Shown piece by piece: positions 21,223 through 34,109 of a DNA stretch of 64,000 nt. The DNA is from an uncultured delta proteobacterium (lineage in GTDB: Bacteria > Desulfobacterota > Binatia > UBA9968). The stretch covers positions 64,001 to 128,000 of the forward strand of contig CAVXEP010000025.1 in NCBI GenBank assembly GCA_963760795.1. The letters run 5' to 3'. Each line of letters opens with the position of its first letter. Position 1 is the first letter of the stretch. The position numbers and the translations under genes were made by a program. The notes under the pieces were generated by a model. It was not told the origin of the DNA and did no database searches. It saw only the letters and a program-made list of their open reading frames with translations.

Positions 21223-21290
21223 TGTCATTCTGAAGCGAAGCCGAAGAATCTCGTCTTCGTAAGTGACAGGAATGGGATATCTTCGCGCTA
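21223..21290. repeat. Degenerate REP-like palindromic element
   Basis: TGTCATTCTGAAGCGAAGCCGAAGAATCTC resembles the widespread GTCATTCTGAGCGAAGCGAAGAATCT repeat; second arm decayed. Confidence 0.4.
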
Positions 21291-21424
21291 CCACACAGTC
21301 TCTTTCAGGAGGGGTAAGCAAACTTATTTTATAACCGTCACTATTGCCCAGGATTTCAATGTTTTTTTCGAAAACGAGCCTGACGGCCAAATAGACGAGG
21401 CACGACTGAGCCGCGGATTTAACA

Positions 21425-23236
<1,812 letters not shown>

Positions 23237-23674
23237 CTTACAGAGTCATCCCGATTGGCTAATGGCAAATAACTACTCCCTTTTCACTGCAAGCATCAAG
23301 CGCTGGCACGCCCGGCCGCCGCTTTGAGCTCAAGGGCTTACTCACCGCGGCCGGACAACCGTCTATTCGACTGGTTTAATCGTCCCAGCCAAGGGGGCGC
23401 CTGGAGTATTCTATAGCTGTAGCGACGCCGTCGTAAAGCCGCCGCACTTAAGCCTGACAATACTACTGGGAATAACGGAAGCGATGTTGTTGTTGCGATT
23501 CGACCTCGGGCCACGCCCGCTTGCCCAAGGGGGGCGCGGCGGAACGCCTGGCACAAATTTTCGATGATGACGATGTGCGGCGACAGGTTGTTGTAACTTT
23601 TCTTTAAAACCCGCCCCGCCTATCAGACAAACGGCGATCGAGTATTTGAAAATCTCATCGACGAGCGTCTTGGC

Positions 23675-23935
23675 CTATTTTTGAATCGAGAATTGCAGCC
23701 GAAAGGTTGGCCAGTTGACCGGCACCACAATGATACCGCCGAGAGGAAGATGCATCAATTTTTCCAAACTCTGCGGCATCTGCGATGGGTCGGCGCTAAA
23801 AGCGACCAGGATCCGATCGTCGATGGCGTTGGCGACGAAACCCTCGCGTCCCGAGGCCAAACTAACGGTGCGCTGGCTGTGCAAATTGACCGGGTCGTAA
23901 AGTGGAAAGCCATTGAGCGCCGTCACCGTGCGCAC
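23675..23935 (-). CDS. Small hypothetical protein (true start may be ~24017)
   Basis: Plausible globular composition; frame stays open upstream without an in-frame start. Confidence 0.45.
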   Translation of the reverse strand: MRTVTALNGFPLYDPVNLHSQRTVSLASGREGFVANAIDDRILVAFSADPSQMPQSLEKLMHLPLGGIIVVPVNWPTFRLQFSIQK

Positions 23936-24197
23936 GCGGCGCCCTTTGAGCGCGAGCGCAGCCTGAGTGCCGCCGAAGAAGATCGCCGCCGCCGATGTTC
24001 CAAGCTGTGAGTTGCATGCTTCCCGCCGTCCTTTCGATAAATCCGGCGACCATCATTACAATTTTCACCTAGGAATTGTCAAAGTTCTTGTAGGTCCGTG
24101 CCGGACCGTTGACAATGAGCGTTAAGCTTTTCGCGACAGCGTTGCCGAATCTGACTAGTTAAAGTATACAGGTAAAAATCCTTGGCATGGGGGAATC

Positions 24198-25001
24198 ATG
24201 AGCGCTAAAGAGCTATTCGACGCCGGCAACCTCAGCGGCGCCATCGAACAGGTGACTCAAGATGTGAAGTCCAACCCGCGCGACCTCAAAAGCCGGATCT
24301 TCCTGTTTGAGTTGCTCTGCTTCGCTGGCGAGTTTCAGCGGGCGCAGCGCCAGCTTGACGCCGCCGCCCAGACCAGCGGCGATGTTAAAATCGAAATGGG
24401 CGCTCAAGCCTATCGGAACCTGCTTGAGGCCGAAAAACTGCGCCGGGAGTTTTTCACCGGGGCGCACAAGACGCCGAAGTTTTTTTCCGAACCGCCGGCC
24501 TACACCGCGCTGCATATCGACGCGGTCGGGAAATTGCACGGCCAGGAGTGGGACGCCTTGGAACAATTGATGGAACAAAGCGCCAGTGTTCGCCAGCCGC
24601 TCTCGGGACAATGCAACGGCAAAGCATTCAGTGATTTTCATGATGGTGACGATCTGCTCAGTCCGTTTTTAGAAGTGCTTTTCCAGAGCGATTATTATTG
24701 GCTGCCGCTGGAACAGATCGAGCGCGTTGAAATCCCCGCGCCAACCACGCTGCGAGATCTCCTCTGGACGCCGGCCAATGTCCAACTAAGTGACGGCCCC
24801 CTCGGCGATCTGCTGATACCGGCGCAATATTATGGCTCCCACGAGAATCCCGACGATCTGGTCAAACTCGGCCGAATGACCAATTGGAATTCTGTGGGCA
24901 ACGATCATCTCTCGGGGCTGGGACAACGGACGTTTTTTGCCGACGACACCGAATATCCGCTGCTCGAAATCAGAACTCTCGAATTCACCGCCAAATCTTA
25001 A
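24198..25001 (+). CDS. tagJ: T6SS accessory TagJ/ImpE (SciE)
   Basis: LFELLCFAGEFQRA..QL, DGDDLL.PFLE, YYWLP, TTLRDLLWTP, LGRMTNW, GLGQR. Confidence 0.9.
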   Translation: MSAKELFDAGNLSGAIEQVTQDVKSNPRDLKSRIFLFELLCFAGEFQRAQRQLDAAAQTSGDVKIEMGAQAYRNLLEAEKLRREFFTGAHKTPKFFSEPPAYTALHIDAVGKLHGQEWDALEQLMEQSASVRQPLSGQCNGKAFSDFHDGDDLLSPFLEVLFQSDYYWLPLEQIERVEIPAPTTLRDLLWTPANVQLSDGPLGDLLIPAQYYGSHENPDDLVKLGRMTNWNSVGNDHLSGLGQRTFFADDTEYPLLEIRTLEFTAKS

Positions 25002-25077
25002 CTTGCCTCGTCGCCTTTCGACCGTCTGATTGTTGGATGCAAGACAACCCCGAATACTGCGAGGAGAGCCCGACTGG

Positions 25078-26301
25078 ATGAGTAAATCGCCACCCAACTT
25101 CAGCGCCGACAAGTCTTCCACCTGGTTGAAAAAGGGTATGGAGACTTTGACGCGAATGAATCGGGTCATGGTTCCGTCATCAAAAGTTGGCGGGAGCGCT
25201 AATCCGTTACGCGAGATATTTTCGGACCTGATGGCATTTATCATCTTTTTCGAAAGCTACTGTGAACAAAAGCCGCCTGAGTTGCAGGAATTCAAAGAGC
25301 GCGTGATTTCGTTGATCGCTGCCCAGGAAGAGCGGGCAAAAAGCGCGGGCGTAGCGATAGAAGCATTTCGCGAAGCGCGTTTCGCCGTGCTCTCATGGGT
25401 GGATGAGATCGTTCTCAATTCGAAGTGGCTGCACCGCAGCCAATGGCAGCACCTCATGCTCGCCTATTACGGGACGGTCAACGCCGGGGAGCAGTTTTTC
25501 CGCCATCTGGATGCCTTACCGGCCCAGGCAAACGACATCCGAGAGATATATTTTCTTTGCATTTGTCTCGGCTTTCAGGGCGAGCTGGCTTTCGGCGACG
25601 GTCTTCGCGAACTACAGTCACTGAAACAACGCATCTACAAACAGCTAACCGCCAATGGTCAAGACATTCGACAAAACTATCCGCGGCTATTTCCCGAAGC
25701 TTATCAAAAAGCCAACGCCGCGCCCCAGGCGGCAGCCAAATCTAATCGGCTATGGTACATCACGGCAGGCGCCGTTCCGCTTCTACTTTTCGCGATCTTT
25801 TGGTTCTTGTTGCATCGCGAGGCCAATCGCCATCTGGCGATGCTTGATCGCCCCCAACCCCTCGTAACCAAATGCGATCAAACAAACTGGGCCGCGTCAC
25901 TGGTTGCCGACCTCCGCGGCAGGAGGCTGCGCGCCGTCGATGAACCCGATGGGGTTCGTATCATTCTGGAAAGTTTGGTATTCGCCGTCAGTAGCGCAGA
26001 GTTGAATCCGCAGGCAGAGGCTAGGATCGCCGATATTGTCAGCACTGTGAGGTGCTATGCACCGGACAGAGCCATCACCGTAGAAGGCCACGCGAGCAAA
26101 GAACGCGATGGGGACGAGGCGCGTAATCGGAAACTGTCCGAAGATCGCGCCCGAACGGTTGCTGACGCATTTGTCCGAATCGGCTTCAGCCGAGAGAAAA
26201 CCTCCGCGCACGGGTTAGGCAGCTCCAAACCGGTCGCGTTGAACGATACCGAAGATGGTCGCAGTCAAAATCGTCGCGTCGAGATCATCGTCAAAAAATG
26301 A
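25078..26301 (+). CDS. tssL: T6SS TssL/DotU with C-terminal OmpA peptidoglycan-binding domain
   Basis: ARFAVLSWVDE, NAGEQFF, EIYFLCICLGFQG; TM; VEGH..N..LSEDRA..NRRVEI; start uncertain (25078 or 25138). Confidence 0.9.
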   Translation: MSKSPPNFSADKSSTWLKKGMETLTRMNRVMVPSSKVGGSANPLREIFSDLMAFIIFFESYCEQKPPELQEFKERVISLIAAQEERAKSAGVAIEAFREARFAVLSWVDEIVLNSKWLHRSQWQHLMLAYYGTVNAGEQFFRHLDALPAQANDIREIYFLCICLGFQGELAFGDGLRELQSLKQRIYKQLTANGQDIRQNYPRLFPEAYQKANAAPQAAAKSNRLWYITAGAVPLLLFAIFWFLLHREANRHLAMLDRPQPLVTKCDQTNWAASLVADLRGRRLRAVDEPDGVRIILESLVFAVSSAELNPQAEARIADIVSTVRCYAPDRAITVEGHASKERDGDEARNRKLSEDRARTVADAFVRIGFSREKTSAHGLGSSKPVALNDTEDGRSQNRRVEIIVKK

Positions 26302-27197
26302 GCCTAACGACTTCACAGCTTAAAGTCGCTGCATTCGGCATGTCCGACGTCGGTCGCGTGCGCACCAACAATGAGGACAACTACCTTTTTACCCAACTTG
26401 GTAGCGGCTTGTTCAATGCGGTGTCACCGGACTGCACCAAGGGTGATAATCAGTGGATTTTTATCGTCGCTGACGGCATGGGCGGCGGCCAAGCCGGTGA
26501 AGTAGCCAGTCAGTTGGCAGTAGCAGGCGTAGCGCAACGTTTTGCCGAACAACTGACGGGGGAGAAACAGTTGACTCAACAGGTATTCGCCAAGGCCTTA
26601 ACCCATGCAGTCGAAGAAACGAATCGATCGATCTTCCAGGAAAGCCAGGAAAACCAAGAACTAACTGGAATGGGAACGACTCTAACCGCAGCTGCCGTGT
26701 CCGGCACGATCCTGACAGTCGCCCAACTCGGAGACAGCCGAGCCTATCTGCTACGGGATGGGAGCATTACGCAATTGACCAAGGATCAGAGTCTCGTCGC
26801 TCAAATGGTCGAGGCAGGCAAAATCACCCCCCAAGAAGCCAAGACTCATCCACGCCGCAACGTCGTCCTGCAGGCGATGGGCGTGCTACCGCGTGTAGAT
26901 GTCGCCATCGCTACCGCGAACTTAAAACGGAACGACCGCATGGTGCTTTGTAGTGACGGTCTTTGGGGCAAAGTCGAACCCGAGGAGATCGTCGAATTTG
27001 TCCATCGCTTTGAACCTCAAGCGGCGTGCGAGAGCTTAGTCCGGCTGGCCAACGAACGTGGCGGCGAGGACAATGTCACAGTCATCGTCGCCAATTTCAC
27101 CGGTGATGGGATATCGGAAACCGATGAGACTAAGGTTCCCACCCTCGAAATCGTCAAGCAGAAGCGCTCTTGGTGGGGTTTTTGGAAACGACGTTAA
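26298..27197 (+). CDS. PP2C Ser/Thr phosphatase (PppA/Stp1-like)
   Basis: SDVGRVR.NNED, VADGMGG, GMGTT, GDSRAY, LCSDGL, GGEDNVT; ATGA overlap with tssL. Confidence 0.93.
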   Translation: MSLTTSQLKVAAFGMSDVGRVRTNNEDNYLFTQLGSGLFNAVSPDCTKGDNQWIFIVADGMGGGQAGEVASQLAVAGVAQRFAEQLTGEKQLTQQVFAKALTHAVEETNRSIFQESQENQELTGMGTTLTAAAVSGTILTVAQLGDSRAYLLRDGSITQLTKDQSLVAQMVEAGKITPQEAKTHPRRNVVLQAMGVLPRVDVAIATANLKRNDRMVLCSDGLWGKVEPEEIVEFVHRFEPQAACESLVRLANERGGEDNVTVIVANFTGDGISETDETKVPTLEIVKQKRSWWGFWKRR

Positions 27198-27419
27198 TTG
27201 TGCCAGATATTCCGACGACCAACAGCATTCAAATTTCCTGAGCTTCAAGAAATGCGATCCAAACTATCGAATTATGGATAGGACTATTTTTCATAGGTCG
27301 GGTCGGACCTTGGAAAACCCCCTGCAAAGTATTTAATTCGGTAGAGGGAGCTTATTAATTTGCGAGACGTGTTTTCAATTCCTTCAAAACAGCGCCGGTT
27401 GTTTGCGCCGCATTTCAAT

Positions 27420-27530
27420 GTTCTTTTCGCCGATGGTTTTTGTAGTACCGCTCTCACATAGACTGTTTTATCGTCTCGGGAAGTATCATAAAAGACGCGG
27501 AACCCACCGACTCGACTGGTCCGCCGTTGT
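27420..27530 (-). pseudogene. RelE/ParE-like toxin remnant
   Basis: SRVGGFRVFYDTSRDDKTVYVRAVLQK matches the RelE C-terminal RVG.(Y/F)RV.Y...V.V pattern; no intact N-terminus or antitoxin. Confidence 0.45.
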
Positions 27531-28051
27531 CGCGTGATAGTTCCTTCAGAAGGGAGAGAGCAATCGCAGATCGCTGCGATGAGTAGAGCCCGAACCTGGG
27601 CTTTCGCTGCTCCGCGTTCAGCAGAAAAACCCATTGGCCAATTCCGGGCGCCTCCCTCTTTTTATGAACAGAAGGCTCACGCAATTCAAGTCGTTGATAC
27701 CCTAAGGTTAGATTGCATGAGAAAGCAGTTGAAGAGGGCCGTTGGGCGTGTACCCTCCGACTTCCAGCTTGTCAGTATTTCTCGTCATGACATGCTGCAC
27801 CGCTTACGCGATTGGAAAAATTAGTTGATTGTCGTGCTCACACTAAACTCGCCTCAAAGAGTCAAACAATATCAACAACGTCAATTATCTCAGTCACCGA
27901 CACAACTAATGCTCAACAGCGTGAAGCTAATCTTAAATTAGGTTGCAAAATTTGCGACCAAATTTTGCGATGGGAACGTTTTGGGAACTTTTCGCTTTTC
28001 GGACAAGAATCTTCACGTCATCGCACTCTAAGTATTTGATTTTGAAAAGTT

Positions 28052-28126
<75 letters not shown>

Positions 28127-28254
28127 CCACATAAGGGTAGTGAGGCTGTCAAACTGTAGGTAATCGCTACCGAGTTGTCAACGCGTAGAGAGTTAAATCA
28201 TCTCCGCTGTCCAGCATGGAATGATTTGACCGTCACGGAATCGACGATCGAATA

Positions 28255-29065
28255 TTAGGCATGGGCGGACTTACCGCGCAGCAGTGCGAGGATGTCGGCG
28301 GGCGACATTTTTGAAACCAAAATGCAGATGATATCGCCTTCGCTGTGCAGCACGGCGTTGATGCCGTCCTGTGAAAACAAATAGACATTGAGCTTCATGG
28401 CGGCTATCGTAGAAGTGCTGGGCGCGCTCGGGTGCGTCCGACTTGGAGCCCAGTAAAGTCAAGCAAGTGATTGCCGGCCCGGCGCCCTGGTAGACGGTGA
28501 CGAGCACTTCACGACCGCCAATCTTTTGCACGAAGCCCGAGACCGGATAGAGTCTCATCATCGACAAATCCAAAGCGATGGGCGCGAAGCGATCGCGCAC
28601 CGCCCGTGATAGCTCCTGGCGCAGCCGACTGGCGTCGTCGTAACGCACCAGTGCGGTCTTGCCGCTGAGCAGGTCGCGATGGGTCTCGATGGCGATCATG
28701 CCAACATCCTGTTGCGGCGATTTGGCGTAGAAAATTGCCGCGATTGCAATAAATAGAGTTACCAAAGCAAATGCTGGCCGCCAACTGCGAAGACTAAACC
28801 ACGAGGCGAAACCGCCTTCGGTTTTCACGGCTAAGACTGGCCGCTGCGAAGCGATTTCGCTTTCAATCTCGTGGCGCAACGCCGCGGGCGCGATCACTTC
28901 CTGGCGCGCCAGCTTGAGCTGTTGTTTGAGCCGGCTTTCCGCAGTCAGCGCCCGTTGGCAGCGCTCGCAAGTATGCAGATGCGCCTCGATGGCGCTGTGC
29001 TCATCGGCGCTGAGTTCATTATCTAGGCGAGCCGTGATCAGCTCTTGTGCCTGGTCGCAACGCAT
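28255..29065 (-). CDS. Zinc-binding (zf-HC2) anti-sigma factor, frameshift near 28405
   Basis: HLHTCERC motif, TM; the other frame continues MKLNVYLFSQDGINAVLHSEGDIICILVSKM..RGKSAHA-stop. Confidence 0.85.
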
Positions 29066-29072
29066 GGTCTAT

Positions 29073-29690
29073 CTATCGTTCCGGTCTCGCCGTCCCGGTC
29101 TTGCCCAAATAACCGCTCAACTGTTTTTGCAAAAGTCTGCGCCCGCGCGACAACCGCGAGCGCACCGTACCGATCGGACAGGATAAAACCTCGGCCGCTT
29201 CGGCGTAAGTAAAATCGCCCATGTCGACGAGCAGGATCGGCGCGCGAAACTCCTCAGGGATTTGCTTCAGTGCGGCGCCGATCTTGGTACCGAGCTCGCG
29301 ATCCAATACTTGAGTCTCGGGACCGGGGCCATCGCCGGCGTGGGCCTGCCAAAAGTCCGCCGCGTCCGTGCCGTCGAGAAGATCTTCCGCAGCGACGGTG
29401 CGCTTGTTGCGGGCGTAAGAGTCATAGAAAAAATTATAGAGGATTCGCGTCAGCCAGGCCTTCATATTGCTGCCGGGCAAGAACTGTCCCTGCGCACTCA
29501 ACGCCCGCGTGCAGGTCTCTTGGACGCAATCCTTGGCCTCGTCGGCGTTGCGCACCAGATGGAACGCGACGCGGTAGAGATGATCCAGATAGGTCATGAT
29601 CTCCGTAGCGAAACTATCGCGTGCAGGATTACGGCTGTGGGTGGCGCTCACGGCCCAGCCAGTGTAACCAAGAGTGCAGGTGGTGTCCAA
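29073..29690 (-). CDS. ECF sigma-70 factor
   Basis: DCVQET, KAWLTRIL, TYAEAAEVLSCPIGTVRSRLSRGR; adjacent to the anti-sigma. Confidence 0.92.
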   Translation of the reverse strand: MDTTCTLGYTGWAVSATHSRNPARDSFATEIMTYLDHLYRVAFHLVRNADEAKDCVQETCTRALSAQGQFLPGSNMKAWLTRILYNFFYDSYARNKRTVAAEDLLDGTDAADFWQAHAGDGPGPETQVLDRELGTKIGAALKQIPEEFRAPILLVDMGDFTYAEAAEVLSCPIGTVRSRLSRGRRLLQKQLSGYLGKTGTARPER

Positions 29691-29793
29691 TCGCTCGCCT
29701 CCATTGAGTCAACGAACCAACCAAAACAAAAGTTCCCTTAAGACCGGGCGAAGCGCTTGCGGTCCCCGCCGTAGCTGTCCTATGTTGACGGCC

Positions 29794-30738
29794 ATGAAAT
29801 ACCGCACTCTCGGCAAAACTGGCCTGCGTGTCAGCGCCATCGGCCTTGGCACCATGGTCCACGCCGGCCATTTCGGTCCCATGAAAGACTCTGAATCGTT
29901 GAGCGCCATCGAAGCTGCTCTCGACCTCGGCGTCAACTTCATCGATACTTCTGACGCCTACGGCGCCGGCTATTCGGAAACGTTGTTGGGCAACGCACTC
30001 AAAGGCAAACGCGATCAGGTCGTCATCGCCACCAAGGGCGGCAATGTCATGGTCGGCCCCAACCGCGGTAAACGAAACTTCGATCCCGACTACATCAGCC
30101 AGGTGATGGAGGAAAGCTTACAACGGTTACAAATCGACACCATCGATCTTTACCAACTGCACAATCCGACGGTGGAAGTCATCGAGCGCGGTGCGGTTTG
30201 GCAAGTTTTGGAACGGGCGAAGCAAGCCGGCAAAATCCGCCACTACGGCGTGTCGATCAACTCCATGGAAGAAGGCATTGCCGCGGTCAATGACGGCCGG
30301 GCCGAAACCATTCAAGTCGAATACAACCTGCTGGCCCAGGAGCCGGGGGAGAAACTTCTGCCGCTGGCTTACCAGGCAAATATCGGCATCATCGCTCGCG
30401 TGCCGCTGCGCCGCGGCATTCTGACCGGCAAGATGAGCGTCGCCGACGAACAAAGATTTCAAGGCGAGGATTTGCGCGCGCGTAGTTTCAAAGGCGAGGC
30501 GTTCGCCAAAGAGCTGGCGAAGGCCGATGAACTGCGCTTCCTCGTCCATGACACGGCAAAAACCTTAGGACAGGCGGCGATCGCTTTTTGCATCGCCCAT
30601 CCCGCCGTCAGCGTAGTCATTGCCGGCGCGCGCAATGCCGAGCAAATGCGCGAAAACGGCGCCGCCGCCAACATTGAAATCTCCGCCGCCGACCTGGCGC
30701 GCATCGCCGATCTCTGGCGCCGCAACCGCACGGTTTAG
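29794..30738 (+). CDS. Aldo/keto reductase
   Basis: MKYRTLGKTGLRVSAIGLG, IDTSDAYG, IDLYQLH, GKIRHYGVS. Confidence 0.92.
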   Translation: MKYRTLGKTGLRVSAIGLGTMVHAGHFGPMKDSESLSAIEAALDLGVNFIDTSDAYGAGYSETLLGNALKGKRDQVVIATKGGNVMVGPNRGKRNFDPDYISQVMEESLQRLQIDTIDLYQLHNPTVEVIERGAVWQVLERAKQAGKIRHYGVSINSMEEGIAAVNDGRAETIQVEYNLLAQEPGEKLLPLAYQANIGIIARVPLRRGILTGKMSVADEQRFQGEDLRARSFKGEAFAKELAKADELRFLVHDTAKTLGQAAIAFCIAHPAVSVVIAGARNAEQMRENGAAANIEISAADLARIADLWRRNRTV

Positions 30739-30799
30739 GTTTTTGCCTTTGGCCATTCTGGCGATTGTGTGGACCATTTGTGTCGCTCAGATTGGTTGG

Positions 30800-31033
30800 T
30801 TCACCACGAAGATCACAACGCGGCACAGCCGCAACCAAAAAGAAGAATGGCCGCAAAGAACGCAAAGGGCGCGAAAAATATCGGGAGTCGTAGGGCGGGT
30901 TTGAAACCCGCCCTCTTGGCTTTGGCGCGTCGAGAAATTTGCGCAAGCCACGCAAATTATCACTAATACGAAGGACACGAAGGTTCCGACGATCAAGACT
31001 CCGAAATTCGTGCTCTTCGTGTCCCTCGTGGTG
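30800..31033. repeat. Compound intergenic palindromic repeats (GTAG-type REP nested in CACCACGAAG...CTCGTGGTG arms)
   Basis: GTAGGGCGGGTTTGAAACCCGCCCT hairpin; ACGAAGGACACGAAG...TTCGTGCTCTTCGTGTCCCTCGTGGTG; CCGCAAAGAACGCAAAGGGCGCGAA. Confidence 0.6.
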
Positions 31034-31089
31034 CAGACTTTTGTCACAGTAAAACTGAGAAGAACCGCTTTTTTAACGGGAGCAAATCC

Positions 31090-31905
31090 ATGGAACGGAC
31101 CCTCGCCACTTGGCCCAACAACAAAAAACTCGTAGTCATGGTGACCATCATGTTCGAGGTCTGGTCCGACGGCAAAGCACCGCCTTACTCGCCGATGACC
31201 ACGTCGCTCAAACCAGGCACGCCGGATTTGCTGGGGATATCCTGGTCGCAGTATGGCGGCAAGACCGGCATCTGGCGTTTTCTGCGCATCTTGGACGACA
31301 AGGAGATCAAATCGACGGTCTGCTTGAATGCCAAAGGCGCCGAACTGTTTCCCGACGCGGTCAATGCAGCGCACCGCCGCGGCCATGAAATCGCCGGCCA
31401 TTCTTACACGCAGGATACTGTCCTGCCCTATCTGTCACCGGCGGAAGAGCGCGAAGTGATTGCGCGCTGCAAGCGCATCATCACCGACGCGGTCGGCGTC
31501 GCTCCGGTCGGCTGGTTTAGCCCGGTAGCCGCGCCGACGGTGAACACGGCGCAGTTTCTCGCCGAAGCAGGCTTCATTTGGCATGGCGATTATAACGACA
31601 GCGACCTGCCCTATGCGCTGGAAACCGGCAATGGGCGGCTCGTCGCCTTCGCACACAGCGACTTCACCGATAACCGCACCCTGCGCTCCAGCCCGCGCGA
31701 CTTTTTCAACGTCTACAAAGACACCTTCGACTATCTCTACCAACATGAAGCGCCGTCGCTGCTCAATCTAACGATGCACTGCCACTTCGGCGGCCGGCCG
31801 CTGATGGCGGCGATGCTCTATGAACTGCTGCATTATATGAAAGGGTTTCCCGATGTCTGGTTCGCGCGCCACGATGAAGTGGCGCGCTGGTTACTCAGTC
31901 AATAA
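31090..31905 (+). CDS. Polysaccharide deacetylase (CE4, PuuE-like)
   Basis: YGGKTGIWR, GHEIAGHSY, PVGWFSP, LTMHCHFGGRP. Confidence 0.85.
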   Translation: MERTLATWPNNKKLVVMVTIMFEVWSDGKAPPYSPMTTSLKPGTPDLLGISWSQYGGKTGIWRFLRILDDKEIKSTVCLNAKGAELFPDAVNAAHRRGHEIAGHSYTQDTVLPYLSPAEEREVIARCKRIITDAVGVAPVGWFSPVAAPTVNTAQFLAEAGFIWHGDYNDSDLPYALETGNGRLVAFAHSDFTDNRTLRSSPRDFFNVYKDTFDYLYQHEAPSLLNLTMHCHFGGRPLMAAMLYELLHYMKGFPDVWFARHDEVARWLLSQ

Positions 31906-31913
31906 CGTTAAAT

Positions 31914-32957
31914 TCAGAACTCAATGCCGATTCCCTGAGTCCGCGCCAAGGCAAATACTTTGCTGGCAATGGCAACATCGGCGATGCCCTGACCTGCGTT
32001 GTTCTTGAACAGCGTGATCTGTTTCGCATCCGTGCGACCGGGAATCACGCCATTGAGCAGCGCGCCGAGTTCTCCGACGCGCTCCCAGGTTAAGAAACCC
32101 GCCTGCACCGGATCGTAAAGATCGCCCTGTTCATCTTGAATCGCTTGCTCCAGTGAATTGACGACGATCACATCGCTGCGCCGAACTGTCGCATCGTCCA
32201 ATTCGCGCCGCTTCGCCGCCGCGATGCCGGCTTTGACCAATCCGACATTACCACCCATGATCGAGGTCACATGGGTTCCTGGCTGCAACCAGTCGCCATC
32301 GAACACCGCCACGTTGGAATTGGTCGCAGTCAACACGACATCCGAATCCACGACCGCATGCTTGGCGCTGGTCACGGGTTCCAACTCGCATGGAACAATT
32401 TTTTCCATCATGCGGCAGAAATCGCTGCGCGTTTTATCTGTGCGGCAGAAAACTTTAACCCGCTTAAACTGTCGGACTTTGGAAAATGCAAATAAGTGAT
32501 ACTTCGCCTCGCCGCCGGCGCCGAGAATGCCGAGAGTCGCCGAGTCAGTGCGCGCTAAAGAGCGAGTGCCCACCGCGCTCGTAGCAGCCGTGCGCATAGG
32601 TGTCGGCCGCTCAGCCTCAATCTCGGCCACACCGATTCTGCCGACGATAACGCCCATGAGCGAAGCGTCTCTCACATCGAACAACACAGTTACCGGTCCG
32701 CCCATGCTGTGGTAGGTCTGCACGTCTTTGGAGACCGCCACATGTTCGGCATGGGCGAGTACGCCAATTCCACCAAGACTGGGCACCCCGCCGGGATGAA
32801 CGCTGACGCGGACACCTTCCGGCGTCGTAATGCGTCGGCGCGGGGCGTTCAGTTCCGGGCTCCTGCCAAACTCGCGGAACCCCGACTCCACCGCATCGAT
32901 CGCCTCATCCATGGTCAACAAGCCGGTTACATCTTCCGCACGAATCAAAAAAGCCAT
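31914..32957 (-). CDS. Ornithine cyclodeaminase/mu-crystallin family
   Basis: RTAATSAVG, GILGAG, LQPGTHVTS, ITLFKNN.GQGIAD. Confidence 0.88.
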   Translation of the reverse strand: MAFLIRAEDVTGLLTMDEAIDAVESGFREFGRSPELNAPRRRITTPEGVRVSVHPGGVPSLGGIGVLAHAEHVAVSKDVQTYHSMGGPVTVLFDVRDASLMGVIVGRIGVAEIEAERPTPMRTAATSAVGTRSLARTDSATLGILGAGGEAKYHLFAFSKVRQFKRVKVFCRTDKTRSDFCRMMEKIVPCELEPVTSAKHAVVDSDVVLTATNSNVAVFDGDWLQPGTHVTSIMGGNVGLVKAGIAAAKRRELDDATVRRSDVIVVNSLEQAIQDEQGDLYDPVQAGFLTWERVGELGALLNGVIPGRTDAKQITLFKNNAGQGIADVAIASKVFALARTQGIGIEF

Positions 32958-33083
32958 CGACCTACCTCCAAATAAACAAAGCCCAGTGTTACTACATCAT
33001 TTATTCCGTTGACAATCTTCCGTTGACAAGAAAACCACGGATGCTTATCGTCGGCCTAGTTCTGAGCTCGGGGAGATTCAACA

Positions 33084-34109
33084 ATGATAATTTCACGCCA
33101 ACTATATCGATTACACACTACGCCAATGCTCGTCGTGCTTTATCTAGCGTTGCGCCTGCCTGCGGCAGCGCAATCGATCGATATCGAAGCTGGGAAAAAA
33201 GAAGGCAAAGTTATCGTTTATGCTGCCGTGCCACCGCAAACAATGAAAGTAGTCAACGATCCCTTTGAAAAAAAGTACGGCATCAAGGTTGAGTACTGGC
33301 GCGCGTCTGCGACCGGCATCTTAGATCGGGCACTCAACGAATGGCGCGTCGGCACAGCGCCCTTCGATGTCGTCGAGGGTAACAAAGGGCCCCAATACAT
33401 TCTCAAGTCAGAAGGAGTTTTCGCCAAGTATCAGCCACCCTCGGCGGCCAAGTATTCCAAGCAGTTTCTCGAGAACGACCAACTTCTGACACCTTGGCGG
33501 TTCAACCCGATCAGCATTCTTTTCAATACCGGCATGGTACGCAAAGAGGACATCCCTAAAAGTATTCAAGAGCTGCTGCTGCCGAAATGGAAAGGTAAGA
33601 TTACCATTCCCGATCCGGCTCGCCACACGACAACGGCGCAGTTTCTCGCCGATCTCGATAAGTATGACGGCATCAAATGGCGCGAGTTCGCCAAAAGTTT
33701 AGCGCAACAACAACCTTTCTTGGTCGAATCCTTTGCGCCCATCGTAAACACAGTCGTCAAAGGTGAGGCGGCGCTTGGACTGACCTACCTGAAATATGTC
33801 GGCCAGTATAAAGGCCCCATCGATTACGCCCGTTTGAACAAGTATCTGGCCGATGTGAATTATTTGGGTCTGAGCCGCAAGGCGCCTCACGCCAACGCCG
33901 GCCGGATGTACATCGAATACATCTGCTCACTCGAGGGACAAAAAGCGATGGCAGAAACCGCTGAATTTGTCCTTTACCCGCAAGTAGCGCCAGGCTTTGC
34001 CGGCGCCGACCAAGTGCCACAGCGAACCATCTTCATGGAAGAACCGACCGCGGAAGAGTTGAAAAAGCTGCGCGACGAAATGCGCCAGATCTTTCTCGAC
34101 AACAAATAA
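33084..34109 (+). CDS. ABC-type extracellular solute-binding protein (orphan)
   Basis: AGKKEGKVIVY, LLLPKWKGKI, APHANAG..YIEY..S.EGQ. Confidence 0.85.
   Translation: MIISRQLYRLHTTPMLVVLYLALRLPAAAQSIDIEAGKKEGKVIVYAAVPPQTMKVVNDPFEKKYGIKVEYWRASATGILDRALNEWRVGTAPFDVVEGNKGPQYILKSEGVFAKYQPPSAAKYSKQFLENDQLLTPWRFNPISILFNTGMVRKEDIPKSIQELLLPKWKGKITIPDPARHTTTAQFLADLDKYDGIKWREFAKSLAQQQPFLVESFAPIVNTVVKGEAALGLTYLKYVGQYKGPIDYARLNKYLADVNYLGLSRKAPHANAGRMYIEYICSLEGQKAMAETAEFVLYPQVAPGFAGADQVPQRTIFMEEPTAEELKKLRDEMRQIFLDNK

Noticed and set aside
23548-23565. Sigma54 promoter (TGGCAC...) near the T6SS genes, also at ~11862
   Set aside because: The -12 GC element is missing or mis-spaced
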